A stretch of 64,000 nucleotides of DNA from Eledone cirrhosa. Lineage: Eukaryota. The translations under genes were made by a program, and so were the position numbers. The DNA lies in NCBI GenBank assembly GCA_964016885.1, contig OZ024742.1, positions 280,116,001-280,180,000 on the forward strand. Direction: 5' to 3'. The first letter of the stretch is position 1, and every line of letters starts with the position of its first letter. This document shows positions 41,818-55,676 of this stretch, one piece after another. The notes below the pieces were generated by a model that made no database searches, was not told the origin of the DNA, and saw nothing but the letters and a program-made list of their open reading frames with translations.

Positions 41818-44029
41818 ACACACACATATATATATATATATGTGTGTTCGTATATAAATATATATATATATATATTGCGCACGCGTGTGTGTTTATTTGT
41901 TTGGGGTTATCGTTTTCCTGTTATTTCAACTCCATTTTAAGATAATGAAAATTCTATTTAGTTTGTTGGAAACATTAAAATTCAAATTCGTATTTCGTTT
42001 TAGATATTTTCATTTTAAACATTAAAATCTTATGCTTTTAATAATAGAATCTCTCGTATTCAGCTTTAATTATATACTGAAATATGAAAGTGTATCGGGG
42101 AAATAGGAAAGGAAGTGTGTCGCGATATCAGTTTAGAATAAATGGTAATAAATGAAATATTTAGTTCCACTCTGCAACGGCTGAACGAGGAATGAATATT
42201 AACAAATTTAATAGGATTTCATTGGGTAAAATGATCATCATTGTCTATTTTTTTTTTTTTTTTTTTTTTTTACTGTATCAGTGTTTGTATTGGAGAAAAT
42301 TATCCCAGGTGATCTATTGGCGTGTTAAGAAGCGCGAGGACAATATTCTACTGGAAATATGACATCCATGTCATTCCTGTTTATTGTGACACTATCACAC
42401 ATTCTCGGACCTGCCAACCTCTAAATACCCAAACGGGGTGTACCATGTTAAGGTCATGGTATGGATTTCATTTTTATAGATCTGCTCCTGCAGAGCTGAG
42501 CTGGGAATAAAGAATAGCATCTTAAATAGCAAAGGCAGTAAGACCAAAAAAATTATCCTCAACAGAAGCAGCAGCAACGATGACATTAACAAAAGCCGCA
42601 TCATCACCAACTACAGCAGCAAAAGCATCGTAGTTAATAACGTACTGTCTAGGATGTCACTGTGAAGTCGCTCGACAAGTTGTAAATAACTGTTAAATTT
42701 CTGTGAAATTATAAATTTACTATATTAAAATATGGAAGAAAATAGGAATATGTATTCTCAAAATGCTGCATGCCAAGAAAACTTTATGACAGCACGGTTA
42801 TTGATGGAATTCCTTTGGTGATATGTCATCTGATTTGTAGCAGACATGAAGGTGCAACCTCATATATTAGGTCTGTTGCTCACAATGGAGATGGACTTGG
42901 TATTATGTACCATGATCGCTAATGTCCCGAACAGATTTAGACAGACTCTGAAACCTCTCACTCCAACACATAACACAACGTAACAGACAGCATATGGCAG
43001 CTAAAGGGAAAGAGCCTGATGTATCAACACTGAATGGTTATTTTCTTTCTCTCGCCCGAAAGGAGGAAAATGAAAGAAGACTTCAGTGGAGCTTGAACGC
43101 AGATCGCAGGGTGCCCGAACATTTAGTGCAACACATTCTATATGACCTTTTCACCACTAAGTCAGTAGATCGCCATTTAAACGATAGTAACTACTTTAGT
43201 ATCTAATGGATTTTCCAACATTTCTAAAATTTCAGATCCACATTGTATGATACGAACATAATTTCGCAATTGTTTCTAAAATTACATTGTTACCTATAAT
43301 ATTTTGTAGTTTTTCTTGGTTTACTATCATAAAATTCACACTATGGAGTAAACAATAATTTCCCTTTTATATTCTGTATCCTATAAACACATTAAACTCT
43401 TGTAGATTTAATGCAAACATATGTCGGAAATATATTACAAAAACAAAAAAAAAACCTACTTCGCTTTAATTGTATAGAGCGACATTGAAAATCAAATTTA
43501 GCTAAAAATATGGTGATTTTAATTTCATTTTAAACATTAAAGCTAGTTGTAAGTATTGCTGACTTTGTTTGATGCTGTTTCTCATTTTGTTAAAACCATT
43601 AAATATACGCAACATGGACAATGTTGAGTCACATGCAAAGCGTTGCAGTAAATTGATGTCAGTGAACAGATCTCTGAGGTACAACAAAGGTTTTGACACC
43701 ATGAAATAAATGGAAGGTGATTGAATATATTTGGCTTCTGGGTTGTTTTAAATGGCTAAAATGATTTTTCAGCGATATAATTGCTTTCGTATCAACACAC
43801 GGTTTTAGTTCATGTCATTTGCTGAACAATTAAAGCTTTGAAATTTTGAGAGCTCCAGTCAGTCACGTTTTTAATCGCTTGGTTTCAGCTTCCGTCTCAC
43901 TGCGACACACTTTGGCAAGTGAATTTTACCGTATCGTCGGTTTAAAGTGAAATATTTTGGAAAAAAAACTTAAGCTCGTCGTCTATCCTTAAATGTATGT
44001 ACACAGACACACACAAACACAAACACAAC

Positions 44030-44307
<278 letters not shown>

Positions 44308-45091
44308 TGTATGTATCTATATATATATATAGATAGATAGATACATACATACATATATATATATGTGTGTGTGTATGTGTGTTTCTGTGTATTGTACAAT
44401 AGCATAAAACTATAACCACTCGCACATATCAATATCTTCATACGGAATTACACAACCTATGATGAAAGACGTCACCGATTTAAGATATATGTGTAACTTC
44501 GATTGTATTTTCAATTTGTTTCCCCTTTGAAATAATGCACAAATATATGCATATAACGATTCTATGCATTTATAAATGTGTGTATAAGTTACGGCAGCTG
44601 CAGCATGATGAGTCCCGTCGCGCACATACCATTAATTAGTGCAGGTTGCTTGTTGTTTGTTGCGAAGATTCTGTTATTGCTTGGAAGGGCATGTTTAAAT
44701 TTTAATTTATTTCTTGTAAGGTACGTATTTTAAAAGTGAGGTTTATTATAGAATTTTCTTTCCGTGGAAAAGAGGGATATTCTGTACATTTGCTTATGCT
44801 AAATTGACAGACTTAGTGACACTGGCACACGTGGCTGTGTTAGTATGTATATGAGTTTGTTTGCATGTGAATATCTGTATACATAGCATTCACAACCGGT
44901 TTGTATGAACGAGGCATTCAAATAAAGTACTTAGTACATGAGGTAGTAGAGTTAAATATATATTTTCAAATAGTTTCTACCTGACAATTTCTTTCGCCAG
45001 GATTATTACAAGATTAGTTTTGAAAGAACCAGAAGAGAATTTGATACTAATAAAGTAAATATACATTGATATCTTATATCATAATATATAT

Positions 45092-45268
45092 AGGGCGGTG
45101 AATTGGCAGTATCGGTAGATGGTCGGACGCCATGCTTTCCAGCATAGTTACGTCCCTATACGATCTGAGTTCAAATCCCGCCGAGGTTGACTTTGCCTTA
45201 CGGGGTCGATAGAATAAAATACCAGTAATGCACTGGGTAATTGCTGGCCTTGTGCCTAAAGTAGAAAC

Positions 45269-45272
<4 letters not shown>
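45092..45272 (+). mobile_element. Near full-length tRNA-derived Meta-core SINE
   Basis: A box tggcagtatcgg, B box gagttcaaatcc, core gccgaggttgactttgcct..ggggtcgata, 3' ggccttgtgcctaaagtagaaac. Confidence 0.9.
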
Positions 45273-45313
<41 letters not shown>

Positions 45314-45689
45314 TAAATATATATATGTATGTACGTATATATGTTATATGTTATATATCTGTATGTGTGTATGTGTGTGTGTGTGCGTTTGTGCCTAATA
45401 AACAAGAGTCCGGAAGTGTATATATATATATATACATTCATGCCAAGGATATTGAGGTCATTTATAAATTCCATCACATTGAATAATCTAAATGCATATC
45501 TCATGAACACACCCTTACACACACACACACACACAATATACATATACATACACACACACAGACACCCATATATATATATACACACACGTATGCCGGCTAT
45601 TGAACTGTATCATAAATATTATTGACATCAAAATATTAAGAATAAAGATACAAATAGAAAGGTCAAAGAGAAACACCTGCTCCACTATT

Positions 45690-45896
45690 ACCCCCACCAC
45701 CTCCACAACCTCCACCACCACCAGGTACACCACGAACGCCACCACCTCCAGCACCACCAAAAACAACAACAACACCATCACCACAAGCACCGACACCACA
45801 AGCACCTCCAACAACAACATCACCAAGCACCACCACCACCACCAACAACAGCATCACCAACCACCACCACTACCAATAACAACAACAACAACATCA

Positions 45897-45927
<31 letters not shown>

Positions 45928-46058
45928 CCAACAACAATATCACCACCACCACCACCAACAATAACAACATCACCAACCACCACCACCGCCACCGATAACA
46001 ACAATACCACCAACCACCGCCACCACCACCACCACCGATAACAACAACATCACCAACC

Positions 46059-46089
<31 letters not shown>

Positions 46090-46210
46090 TCACCAACCGC
46101 CACCACCAACAACAACAACACCAACCACCACCAACAACAACAACAACAACACCACCAACCACCACCAACAACAACAATAACACCAACCACCACCACCAAC
46201 AACCACATCA

Positions 46211-46244
<34 letters not shown>

Positions 46245-46349
46245 CCACCAACCACCACCACCAACAACAACAATAACACCAACCACCACCAACAATAACA
46301 ACATCACCAACCACCACCAGCAACAACAACAACAACAACAACAATAACA

Positions 46350-46380
<31 letters not shown>

Positions 46381-46445
46381 CCAACCACCACCACCAACAA
46401 CAACAACATCACCAACCACCACCACCAACAACAACAACAACATCA

Positions 46446-46480
<35 letters not shown>

Positions 46481-46733
46481 CACCAACCACCACCACCAAC
46501 AACAACAACACCAACCACCACCGCCAACAACAACAACATCACCAACCACCACCACCAACAACAACAACATCATCAACCACCACCACCAACAACAACAACA
46601 ATAACACCAACCACCACCACCGCCAACAACAACAACATCACCAACCACCACCACCAACAACAACAACATCACCAACCACCACCACCAACAACAACATCAT
46701 CAACCACCACCACCAACAACAACAACAATAACA

Positions 46734-46767
<34 letters not shown>

Positions 46768-47081
46768 CCAAACACCACCACCAACAACAACAACATCACC
46801 AACCACCACCAACAACAACAACAACATCTCCAACCACCACCACTAACAACAACAACATCTCCAACCACCACCACTAACAACAACAACAATATCACCAACC
46901 AACAACAACAATAACACCAACCAACAACAACAACAACAATATCGCCAACCACCACCATCAACATCACCAACCACCACCACCACCAACAACAACATCACCA
47001 GCCACCACCACCACCACCAACAACATCACCAACCACCACCATCAACATCACCAGCCACCACCACCACCAACAACAACATCA

Positions 47082-47113
<32 letters not shown>

Positions 47114-47242
47114 TAACACCAACCACCACCACCACCAACAACAACATCACCAACCACCACCACCAACAACAACAACAACAATGACACCAACCACCATCAC
47201 CACCACCAACAACAATGACACCAACCACCAACAACAATGACA

Positions 47243-47276
<34 letters not shown>

Positions 47277-47810
47277 TCACCAACCACCACAACCAACAAC
47301 AACAACAACACCACCAACCACCACCACTACCAACAACAACAACAACATCACCAACCACCACCACTACCAACAACAACACCACCAACAACAACAACACCAA
47401 CCACCACCACCATCACCACCACCTAATAACAACAACATCACCAACCACCACCACCAACAATAACAACATAACCAACCACCACCAACAACAACAATAACAC
47501 CAACCACCACCAACAATAACAACATCACCAACCACCACCACCAACAACAACAACGCCAACCACCACCAACAACAACAACATCACCAACCACCACCACCAA
47601 CAACAACAACACCAACCACCAACAACAACAACAACAACAATAACACCAACCAACAACAACAACAACAATATCACCAACCACCACCAACAACAACATCACC
47701 AGCCACCACCAACAACAACAACAACAACATCAACAACCACCACCATCACCACCACCACCACCACCAACAACAGCATCACCAACCACCACCAACTCCAACA
47801 ACAACCCTGA
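45690..47810. repeat. (CAC)n/(CAA)n compound minisatellite, about 2.1 kb
   Basis: Recurrent unit catcaccaaccaccaccaccaacaacaacaa with variable run lengths. Confidence 0.95.
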
Positions 47811-48135
47811 CAATAACAGTATAATAACGCATGCGTATATAGAAACAAACATAAACATACTCCCATACATATAGAGAGCAAAATCAGTCTGACTACTTTT
47901 GAATATTTATCCATCAATCTTATCACTCTATTTCCATCCGTAAGCATATCGCAATTTCGCATTTTTACATTTGCACGCCTTTTCAATATTTTTTTTTGTA
48001 GTTGTTGTTCTTGCAAACGACATGTTTGTTGTTTCCTTCGTAGAGATGATATACGTAAAAACGGTTCCTAAAACAATTTTCAATGAACCCCTCATGCTAC
48101 TTACCTAACAACTTACCTTCCACTCTTATTTGCAT

Positions 48136-48296
<161 letters not shown>

Positions 48297-48344
48297 CACA
48301 TATATATATATATACATACATATATATATATATACATTGTCTCT

Positions 48345-48429
48345 GGATGTTTACTGAGGAGACAGGACATGATATTTCTACACTTATTTAACTCGAAACA
48401 TATTTGGATCTTAAAGTTTAAACTTATCT
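48345..48429 (+). ncRNA. Type I hammerhead-like motif, copy 1
   Basis: ggat.gttta-CTGAGGA-ga...tc-GAAA-c.ata.tttgg.atc.ttaaa.g-TT-taaac.tt.atct. Stem II is weak. Confidence 0.55.
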
Positions 48430-48860
48430 ACGGAACAGGTTTGATTTTGAAATTTAAATGTGTCTAAACATCACGGCCTCTTGGCAATACAGTTCGTCTT
48501 CGTTGATTTATTATTTTAAATCGATACGGACAAACTGTAGTATAATAATTAGTATACTTCAATCTGGCTAAATTTTTCTTTTGCAATATATATACAGATG
48601 TGTTGGTATCTGTGTTTCATCACATACATATTAATTTATACACTGCTCAGGGGGCATTTTCCTCCATCAAGCTGATTCCATTGTAAAAGAATTCATTACC
48701 TTATTAATTTTAACTGCTCCTAGTTTGAGCTGCAAGCCGCCTCATATATACGACTGTTATTTCTAGCAGTACGGTTATGAGACTAGTTAGATACTGTAAA
48801 ACCATGTGCGTCACGCAGTCTTTTAAATTATTTAGAAGTGAAGCATATCAATTTGTCTCT

Positions 48861-48945
48861 GGATGTTTACTGAGGAGACAGGACATGATATTCCTACACT
48901 TATTTAACTCGAAACATATTTGGATCTTAAAGTTTAAACTTATCT
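48861..48945 (+). ncRNA. Type I hammerhead-like motif, copy 2
   Basis: As copy 1, with a perfect agga/tcct helix inside stem II. Confidence 0.58.
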
Positions 48946-49323
48946 ACGGAACAGGTTTGATTTTGAAATTTAAATGTGTCTAAACATCACGGCCTCTTGG
49001 CAATACAGTTCGTCTTCGTTGATTTATTATTTTAAATCGATACGGACAAACTGTAGTATAATAATTATTATACTTCAATCTGGCTAAATTTTTCTTTTGC
49101 AATATATATACAGATGTGTTGGTATCTGTGTTTCATCACATACATATTAATTTATATACATACATATATATATATACATACATATATATATATACATACA
49201 TATATATACATATATACATACATATACATACATACATATACATATATACATACATATATATACATACATACACATATATACATACATATATATACATACA
49301 TACATATATATACATACATACAT

Positions 49324-49466
<143 letters not shown>

Positions 49467-49469
49467 TAC

Positions 49470-49510
<41 letters not shown>

Positions 49511-49513
49511 CAC

Positions 49514-49542
<29 letters not shown>

Positions 49543-49544
<2 letters not shown>

Positions 49545-51806
49545 ACTTTGAAATAACTTTGAAATGTTTTGCCCAGTATTGGCCCAGGTCATGTCTAACT
49601 TAATAGCACCACCTGGCGAAGTCTTTCAATTCAGGATTTGGGCACCATGGCCCATTCGAGAAGAGAATTACTGTTTGCGGAGACATATCCGGGTGTGGGT
49701 GGTTTGTCCGGGATTACTTGGAGGAATTTGTCCAAAGACTTCTTGAATTTTGTGTGGTCAGTTTCTGTTTTGACGTGTCCTGGTGTGATGTTGAAGAGAG
49801 CAGGGCCGATTGAGGTGAAATAATTGTGCCGTATTGTTGTTATGAGTTGCGTGTTAGATTTTTGAATGGGACAGATAGCACGGGGCCCAAGCCTTGGGTG
49901 TATCTTGAAGGCGATGCCAACATCATTTGGGCAGTGATGATGGAACATTTTCCACATCATGCAGATAATATAACGTTCACGGCGACGTTGGAGTGAGTAA
50001 AGTTGCAGGTTTTCTAATCGACCCCAGTAGTCAAGGTCTGACATGCCATCTATCTTTTTCGTGATTTCCCTTTGAGGAGCTTCAAGTTTCATGATACTTT
50101 GTTTCGTGTGGGGAGACCACAGTGGACAACAGTATTCAAGGAGTGGTCGGGCAAAAGTAGAGAAGAGAAGGATAATGGTGCGGGAATCTCTCGACTGGAA
50201 GGTTCTGAGGATCCAGGAACACATTCTGCGGGCCATGTCAACCTTGCTGCTTATATGCGTGGTCCAGCTTATGTTGCTGTCCACGGTTACTCCCAAGTCT
50301 CTGATGTTGTTAGATGCCACGAGAGTTTCCCCGGAGGGAAGGGAGTACGGGAGTTTCAGAGCATCCTCTTTTCCAAAGTGGATCAGTTCGAATTTGTCTT
50401 CGTTCAGTAACATGTTGTTCTTTTCTGCCCATTGGGTAACAGCCAGTAGGTCTGACTGAAGGCTTATCCGGTCATCCACGCCATTGATGACCTTTTGGAG
50501 CTTGGAATCATCAGCGAAAATTTTAATGTTGCTGTGTTTGATGATGTCAGTGATGTCATTAATATAGATGATGAAGAGAAGTGGGCCCAACACAGTGCCT
50601 TGTGGGACCCCACTACTGACTTTGGCTGGGCTTGATTTGACTCCCTCAACTACAACATGTTGGGTTCTGTTTGACAGGAAGCTCTTGATCCACTGCAGCA
50701 GCTTTCCAGTGACACCAATATTGGACAGCTTTCTCAGTAGAATGTTATGATCAACCCTGTCAAAAGCCTTGCTGAAATCAAGGTAGATAACATCAGTGTT
50801 GGAACCCTCTCCCAAGGCTCTCAAAATGTCATCAAAGTGATGCAGTAGCTGCGTCAGGCAATCCCTTCCATTACGGAATCCATGCTGGTTGGAGTTCAGC
50901 ATATTGTTACTCTCGAGGAAGTGGGTCATTCGCGATCTCACCACTCTCTCAAATACCTTAATGATATGAGAGGTGAGTGAGATTGGACGGTAATTCACGG
51001 CAAGGGATTTGTTTCTTTTTTTGAAAACTGGGACAACAGACTGGGATAGAAGGTTTTCTGGCACATATCCAGCATCCAGTGAGTTCCGCCACAGATTGGC
51101 AAGAGGAGATGCAAGTTGGTGTTGACACGCCTTCAAGACACAAGCAGGGAACCTATCGGGACCTACTGCTGAATTATGCTTGATTTCCTTTATTGCCGCC
51201 AAGACATCAGAGGCGCCAAACGTTATGTCCAATAAGGTGTAATGGGGAGTAACATCGCCGATACAGCCCAGATCGGCCATATCAGGATTGCTCAAAACAG
51301 AGCAGTATTGTTTCTGCAGTATCTCACCCATGGTTTTAGCATTGTCTTGAAGAGTGCCATTTTTATCAATTAGAGGGCCAACAGTAGAGCCAGTGATTTT
51401 GTGTTTTTTTGCAAATGAAAAGAACACTTTGGGATTGAGTTTGATCTTCTCAATGGCCCAGGCCTCTTCAGCTCTTCTCTGATTGTTGATGAGGGACATT
51501 ATGTTGTTTTGGAGGTTATGTTTTTTAATCTCTAGTGATGAAATGGCAGTCAAGTTGATGTGTTGCTGCTGACAGTATTTCAGCTTGTTGATTTTTTTGT
51601 TCGTTCTCTTAACTTTCCTGATGAGCGTTTTTCTATTTCTAGGGATTGTGCTCTTAGATTTGTTTATAGTTCTTAATGGGGTGTGTTTAGCACATATGTT
51701 TGTAACAGTGTCCACAAATGGCTGCCAGGACTTTTTGATGTTAGTGGGTGTATGAGTGTGCGTGAAGGACCAGTCGACATGTGCAAGATCATGACTGATC
51801 GCTTCA
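49543..51806 (-). mobile_element. 5'-truncated young CR1/L2-group LINE
   Basis: Uninterrupted RT frame, short 3' UTR ending TTTCAAAGTTA x2, both ends in TA/TACA microsatellite. Confidence 0.9.
49631..51805 (-). CDS. LINE ORF2 fragment: reverse transcriptase (no endonuclease, no start codon)
   Basis: [75 protein letters not shown]. The first 254 aa of the 978-aa ORF lie outside the LINE (microsatellite and adjacent DNA). Confidence 0.88.
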   Translation of the reverse strand, partial: EAISHDLAHVDWSFTHTHTPTNIKKSWQPFVDTVTNICAKHTPLRTINKSKSTIPRNRKTLIRKVKRTNKKINKLKYCQQQHINLTAISSLEIKKHNLQNNIMSLINNQRRAEEAWAIEKIKLNPKVFFSFAKKHKITGSTVGPLIDKNGTLQDNAKTMGEILQKQYCSVLSNPDMADLGCIGDVTPHYTLLDITFGASDVLAAIKEIKHNSAVGPDRFPACVLKACQHQLASPLANLWRNSLDAGYVPENLLSQSVVPVFKKRNKSLAVNYRPISLTSHIIKVFERVVRSRMTHFLESNNMLNSNQHGFRNGRDCLTQLLHHFDDILRALGEGSNTDVIYLDFSKAFDRVDHNILLRKLSNIGVTGKLLQWIKSFLSNRTQHVVVEGVKSSPAKVSSGVPQGTVLGPLLFIIYINDITDIIKHSNIKIFADDSKLQKVINGVDDRISLQSDLLAVTQWAEKNNMLLNEDKFELIHFGKEDALKLPYSLPSGETLVASNNIRDLGVTVDSNISWTTHISSKVDMARRMCSWILRTFQSRDSRTIILLFSTFARPLLEYCCPLWSPHTKQSIMKLEAPQREITKKIDGMSDLDYWGRLENLQLYSLQRRRERYIICMMWKMFHHHCPNDVGIAFKIHPRLGPRAICPIQKSNTQLITTIRHNYFTSIGPALFNITPGHVKTETDHTKFKKSLDKFLQVIPDKPPTPGYVSANSNSLLEWAMVPKS

Positions 51807-52520
<714 letters not shown>

Positions 52521-52558
52521 GAAAGATTTGAATGGATACAGTTTAGTTGAAAGGAATT

Positions 52559-52673
52559 TATTGACACGTGTTTCTATAACAGTTACATAACCTAAAACAG
52601 CTATCTACAAACTTTTAGTTATGCAGACATTCAATATTTCAATGTTATTATCTACTGTCATTTCATCAGAATA
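52559..52673 (-). ncRNA. Type I hammerhead ribozyme
   Basis: Mirror copy of 58193-58308. Confidence 0.8.
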
Positions 52674-53238
52674 ATATTACTGAGGACCTATTTAGTTTTT
52701 ATAAAGAATATTAGGAGGGAGGGGTGAAGTTGTTAGAAGAATAGTTGAAGGAGTGGTTTTTCGATAGCAGTGAGAATTCTTGGTGGCAGTGAGTAATTAG
52801 ATTCCCATCTGTTGTTTTGACATTTTTTATAGAATATATTATTGGTTATTTTTCTAAATCTATAGAAGGATTAGAGATAGTAAAGATATGCGTGGTTGGT
52901 TTTGTGTTTGCACTTAATTAACATTCAGACTTAAATTTTTCTTTCAAGTGTACGTATCCTTTCACCCACGCATTCACACACAAATATATTTGCACACCTC
53001 TACAAAATACATATACTCACAATTCACATATTCATACTTACATATATATACACATGCATACACATATATATACACACATGTATTCATGTACATACATACG
53101 CGCTCATGTGTATACATTTTCATACTCAACTTATCTTTATATACACACGTATAGACACACACATATATACATACATACTCTAGTCCATGTGTACACACAT
53201 ACACATACTTACACATCCATATACACATATATACATAC

Positions 53239-53297
<59 letters not shown>

Positions 53298-53618
53298 CAT
53301 ATATACATATACATACATATACACATATATACATATATACATATATATAAGCACTTTAATACATGAATACACTTACATCTACCTATACACATCAAACATA
53401 TATATATATTTACTTATTTATATACATTTTCACATATATATACATACTTATGGACGTTTTTAGACACATTCATTATCGCATATTTGTACCTATTCTCATC
53501 AGCATATCTTTTCATTATTAGTATGGTAATTTAAGGTTATTAATATATGTTGAGAAGAGATTGTTTTTATAATTTTCCAACTAGATTAAGGTTTATATAG
53601 TTGGGGGATGTCCCTCTT

Positions 53619-55676
53619 TTATGTAATATTCGGCTTGTAGTGGGAAAAAAGGGTTTTAGTTCTGTGACGGCAGAATAATGTTCGTTCAATTCTGTTATTC
53701 AGCAGTTTCTTCTTGTGTGTGATTATGTAATAAATCTCAAGATTACACAATTTGCAGAAATTTTGGCTCCTGGAAAAGCTTTGGGTTTTAGCTAATTTTT
53801 CCCATTTTAGGGTAAACCTTTGGTCGCTATCCCTGAGCGTCCAAGCTTTTTCTGCTAAAGTTGTTACATTTCTTTGGCTCTGGTGTTTTATTGAGTAAGA
53901 ATGCCTATACAATCGAGATTTAAACGATGTTGCCGTTGATCCCACGTAATACCACTCGTTGCCTCCGGATTTAATGGTACACTTATAGATAATATTTTTT
54001 TCCAGGCAGTTATTGCCGAGGGGGCAGTTGTCAGGATAGGTGCAGTTACAGTTGTGTACGTTGGGTTTTCTCTGGAGTAGTATTGCGGACGAACTTAGGT
54101 GTGGTTTATTTATGTTCTGTAGTGTATTGTCTACTGTTTTTTTTGTGTTCTTTGTACTTAAGTTCTTAGTGTTTTCGTTTAACCTTCTAGTATTGATCTT
54201 TTTTATGTGTTGTTCAAGGTTTAACGCTGTAGAGTATGACAGTCTTATAGTGGTAGGGTTTAGGATTTTGTGGTATTTGTGTGATGTGGGAAAATGTCTT
54301 TTAATTATTTTAAAGAAGAGTACTGGTAAATTTGTACTAATGGAGCTATTGTATTCGGGGTTATACCATAAGTACTCTTTGCATCGCTTTCTATTAGTTT
54401 TGTTTGTTGGTTTACTGGTGTGCATACTATGGTAGTAAGTGTGGTTTGGTGTTGTGTTATTATATCTACCTATGTGGGATTTATTTTGGGTGTTTTGATT
54501 GTTCCCATCTATGTACTCTATTTTGTTGAGGTAGCCTGCTTTACTAAGGGCGTTATCGTAGTACTCGGCGTGTTCCTTAAATACTTGTATGTTAGAAGAT
54601 AGACTCGAGATTCTAAGGGAAATATTTTTAGGGATAGATTTAATTATAGAGATGGGGTGGTTAGACCCAACATTTACGTATTTGAGATTTTCATTCAATT
54701 TATGAAACGGTTTAATCAAACCAGAGTTTAAATTGAGTGTGACATCCAGGAAGTTAACTAGTTTAAGGTTGTATTCATATGTTATAGTTAGTCCTATTTC
54801 GAGTAGTAGTTTTCTTATATCTTTGCGTAGTTTTTCTAGTTTTTGGTTATTAAGGTTTTTAGCTAGGAGGAGAACATCGTCGCGGTATATTCCGCCGTGG
54901 AGATTGCTGAATTTTTCCTGGAGTCTAAAGGCGATAAATAACCCCACAATATCAGTTATTTCCGCCGAATCGTTAGAGCCCATTGTTATGTCAAAGTTAG
55001 AGGGTCTATCTTTACGTACCCAATAACTGTTCTCAAATTTGACTATAGTTTTCCTAGCTTCTAATATAATCTTAATTTCATCGTTTGTAAGGTCAGAGTT
55101 ATCCTTAGCAAACTTAATGGCTCTATTCAAAGTTTCAGGTGATATCGATGAGTAATATTCATCGATATCAAACTGGATAAACTTAGATTTATTCTTATTG
55201 CTAATGCTATTAAACCATCTTATTGCTTCTTGGGTCTTACCCCAGAGTTTAATGTTAACCTTAGCCTTAATTTGGGGGATGATTCTATCCAAGATATATT
55301 TGCTTATTTTACCTATATCTGATTTAGAGGGGCAGATTAATCTAATTTTAGGGTCATTATCAAAGTTTACCTTGTGGTCCTTAAGATTGAAGGTGGGTAC
55401 CGCCGGTAAGAGTGGTCCTGTCCTATCTTCGATTCCGAGATTTTTCACTATTTCGCATGCCTCATCATTGATGTGCTTAAGGGTTACTTCACTCGTTTTT
55501 CTATATTTTTTATGTAATTCTTTTCGAATGAAGTTGTTGTATGTAGTGCAATCCATAGTGTACAGGTTTGATGTTTTGTCCGCTTTTACTACAATTCCTT
55601 TGGTGTTTTTAAGGTCGTCCAGTAGTTTTTTTATATCTTTCTGTAATTTGCTGTTGGTGTTGCGTCCTTTGATATC
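53619..55676 (-). CDS. PLE RT-GIY-YIG, uninterrupted but 5'-truncated (685 aa)
   Basis: VKADKTSNLY, LKDHK, RLICPSKSDIG, FIQFDIDEYY, MGSNDSAE, GIYRDDVL, NFLDVTLN, CNCTYPDNCPL, NIIYKC..YYVGST..FKSR, CKLCNLE, CRHR. Confidence 0.9.
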   Translation of the reverse strand, partial: DIKGRNTNSKLQKDIKKLLDDLKNTKGIVVKADKTSNLYTMDCTTYNNFIRKELHKKYRKTSEVTLKHINDEACEIVKNLGIEDRTGPLLPAVPTFNLKDHKVNFDNDPKIRLICPSKSDIGKISKYILDRIIPQIKAKVNIKLWGKTQEAIRWFNSISNKNKSKFIQFDIDEYYSSISPETLNRAIKFAKDNSDLTNDEIKIILEARKTIVKFENSYWVRKDRPSNFDITMGSNDSAEITDIVGLFIAFRLQEKFSNLHGGIYRDDVLLLAKNLNNQKLEKLRKDIRKLLLEIGLTITYEYNLKLVNFLDVTLNLNSGLIKPFHKLNENLKYVNVGSNHPISIIKSIPKNISLRISSLSSNIQVFKEHAEYYDNALSKAGYLNKIEYIDGNNQNTQNKSHIGRYNNTTPNHTYYHSMHTSKPTNKTNRKRCKEYLWYNPEYNSSISTNLPVLFFKIIKRHFPTSHKYHKILNPTTIRLSYSTALNLEQHIKKINTRRLNENTKNLSTKNTKKTVDNTLQNINKPHLSSSAILLQRKPNVHNCNCTYPDNCPLGNNCLEKNIIYKCTIKSGGNEWYYVGSTATSFKSRLYRHSYSIKHQSQRNVTTLAEKAWTLRDSDQRFTLKWEKLAKTQSFSRSQNFCKLCNLEIYYIITHKKKLLNNRIERTLFCRHRTKTLFSHYKPNIT

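Larger units (their letters stand above)
48337..49156 (+). mobile_element. Retrozyme-like non-autonomous element: two 304-bp direct repeats, 516-bp unit
   Basis: 48337-48640 and 48853-49156 differ at two positions that I can see. Each starts with an HHR-like motif; no meaningful ORF; long (TA)/(TACA) flanks. Confidence 0.8.

Noticed and set aside
42760-43206. 70-aa ORF and QWRW-like motif upstream
   Set aside because: Probably a very decayed RTE 3' remnant; too degenerate to call, and not a host gene.
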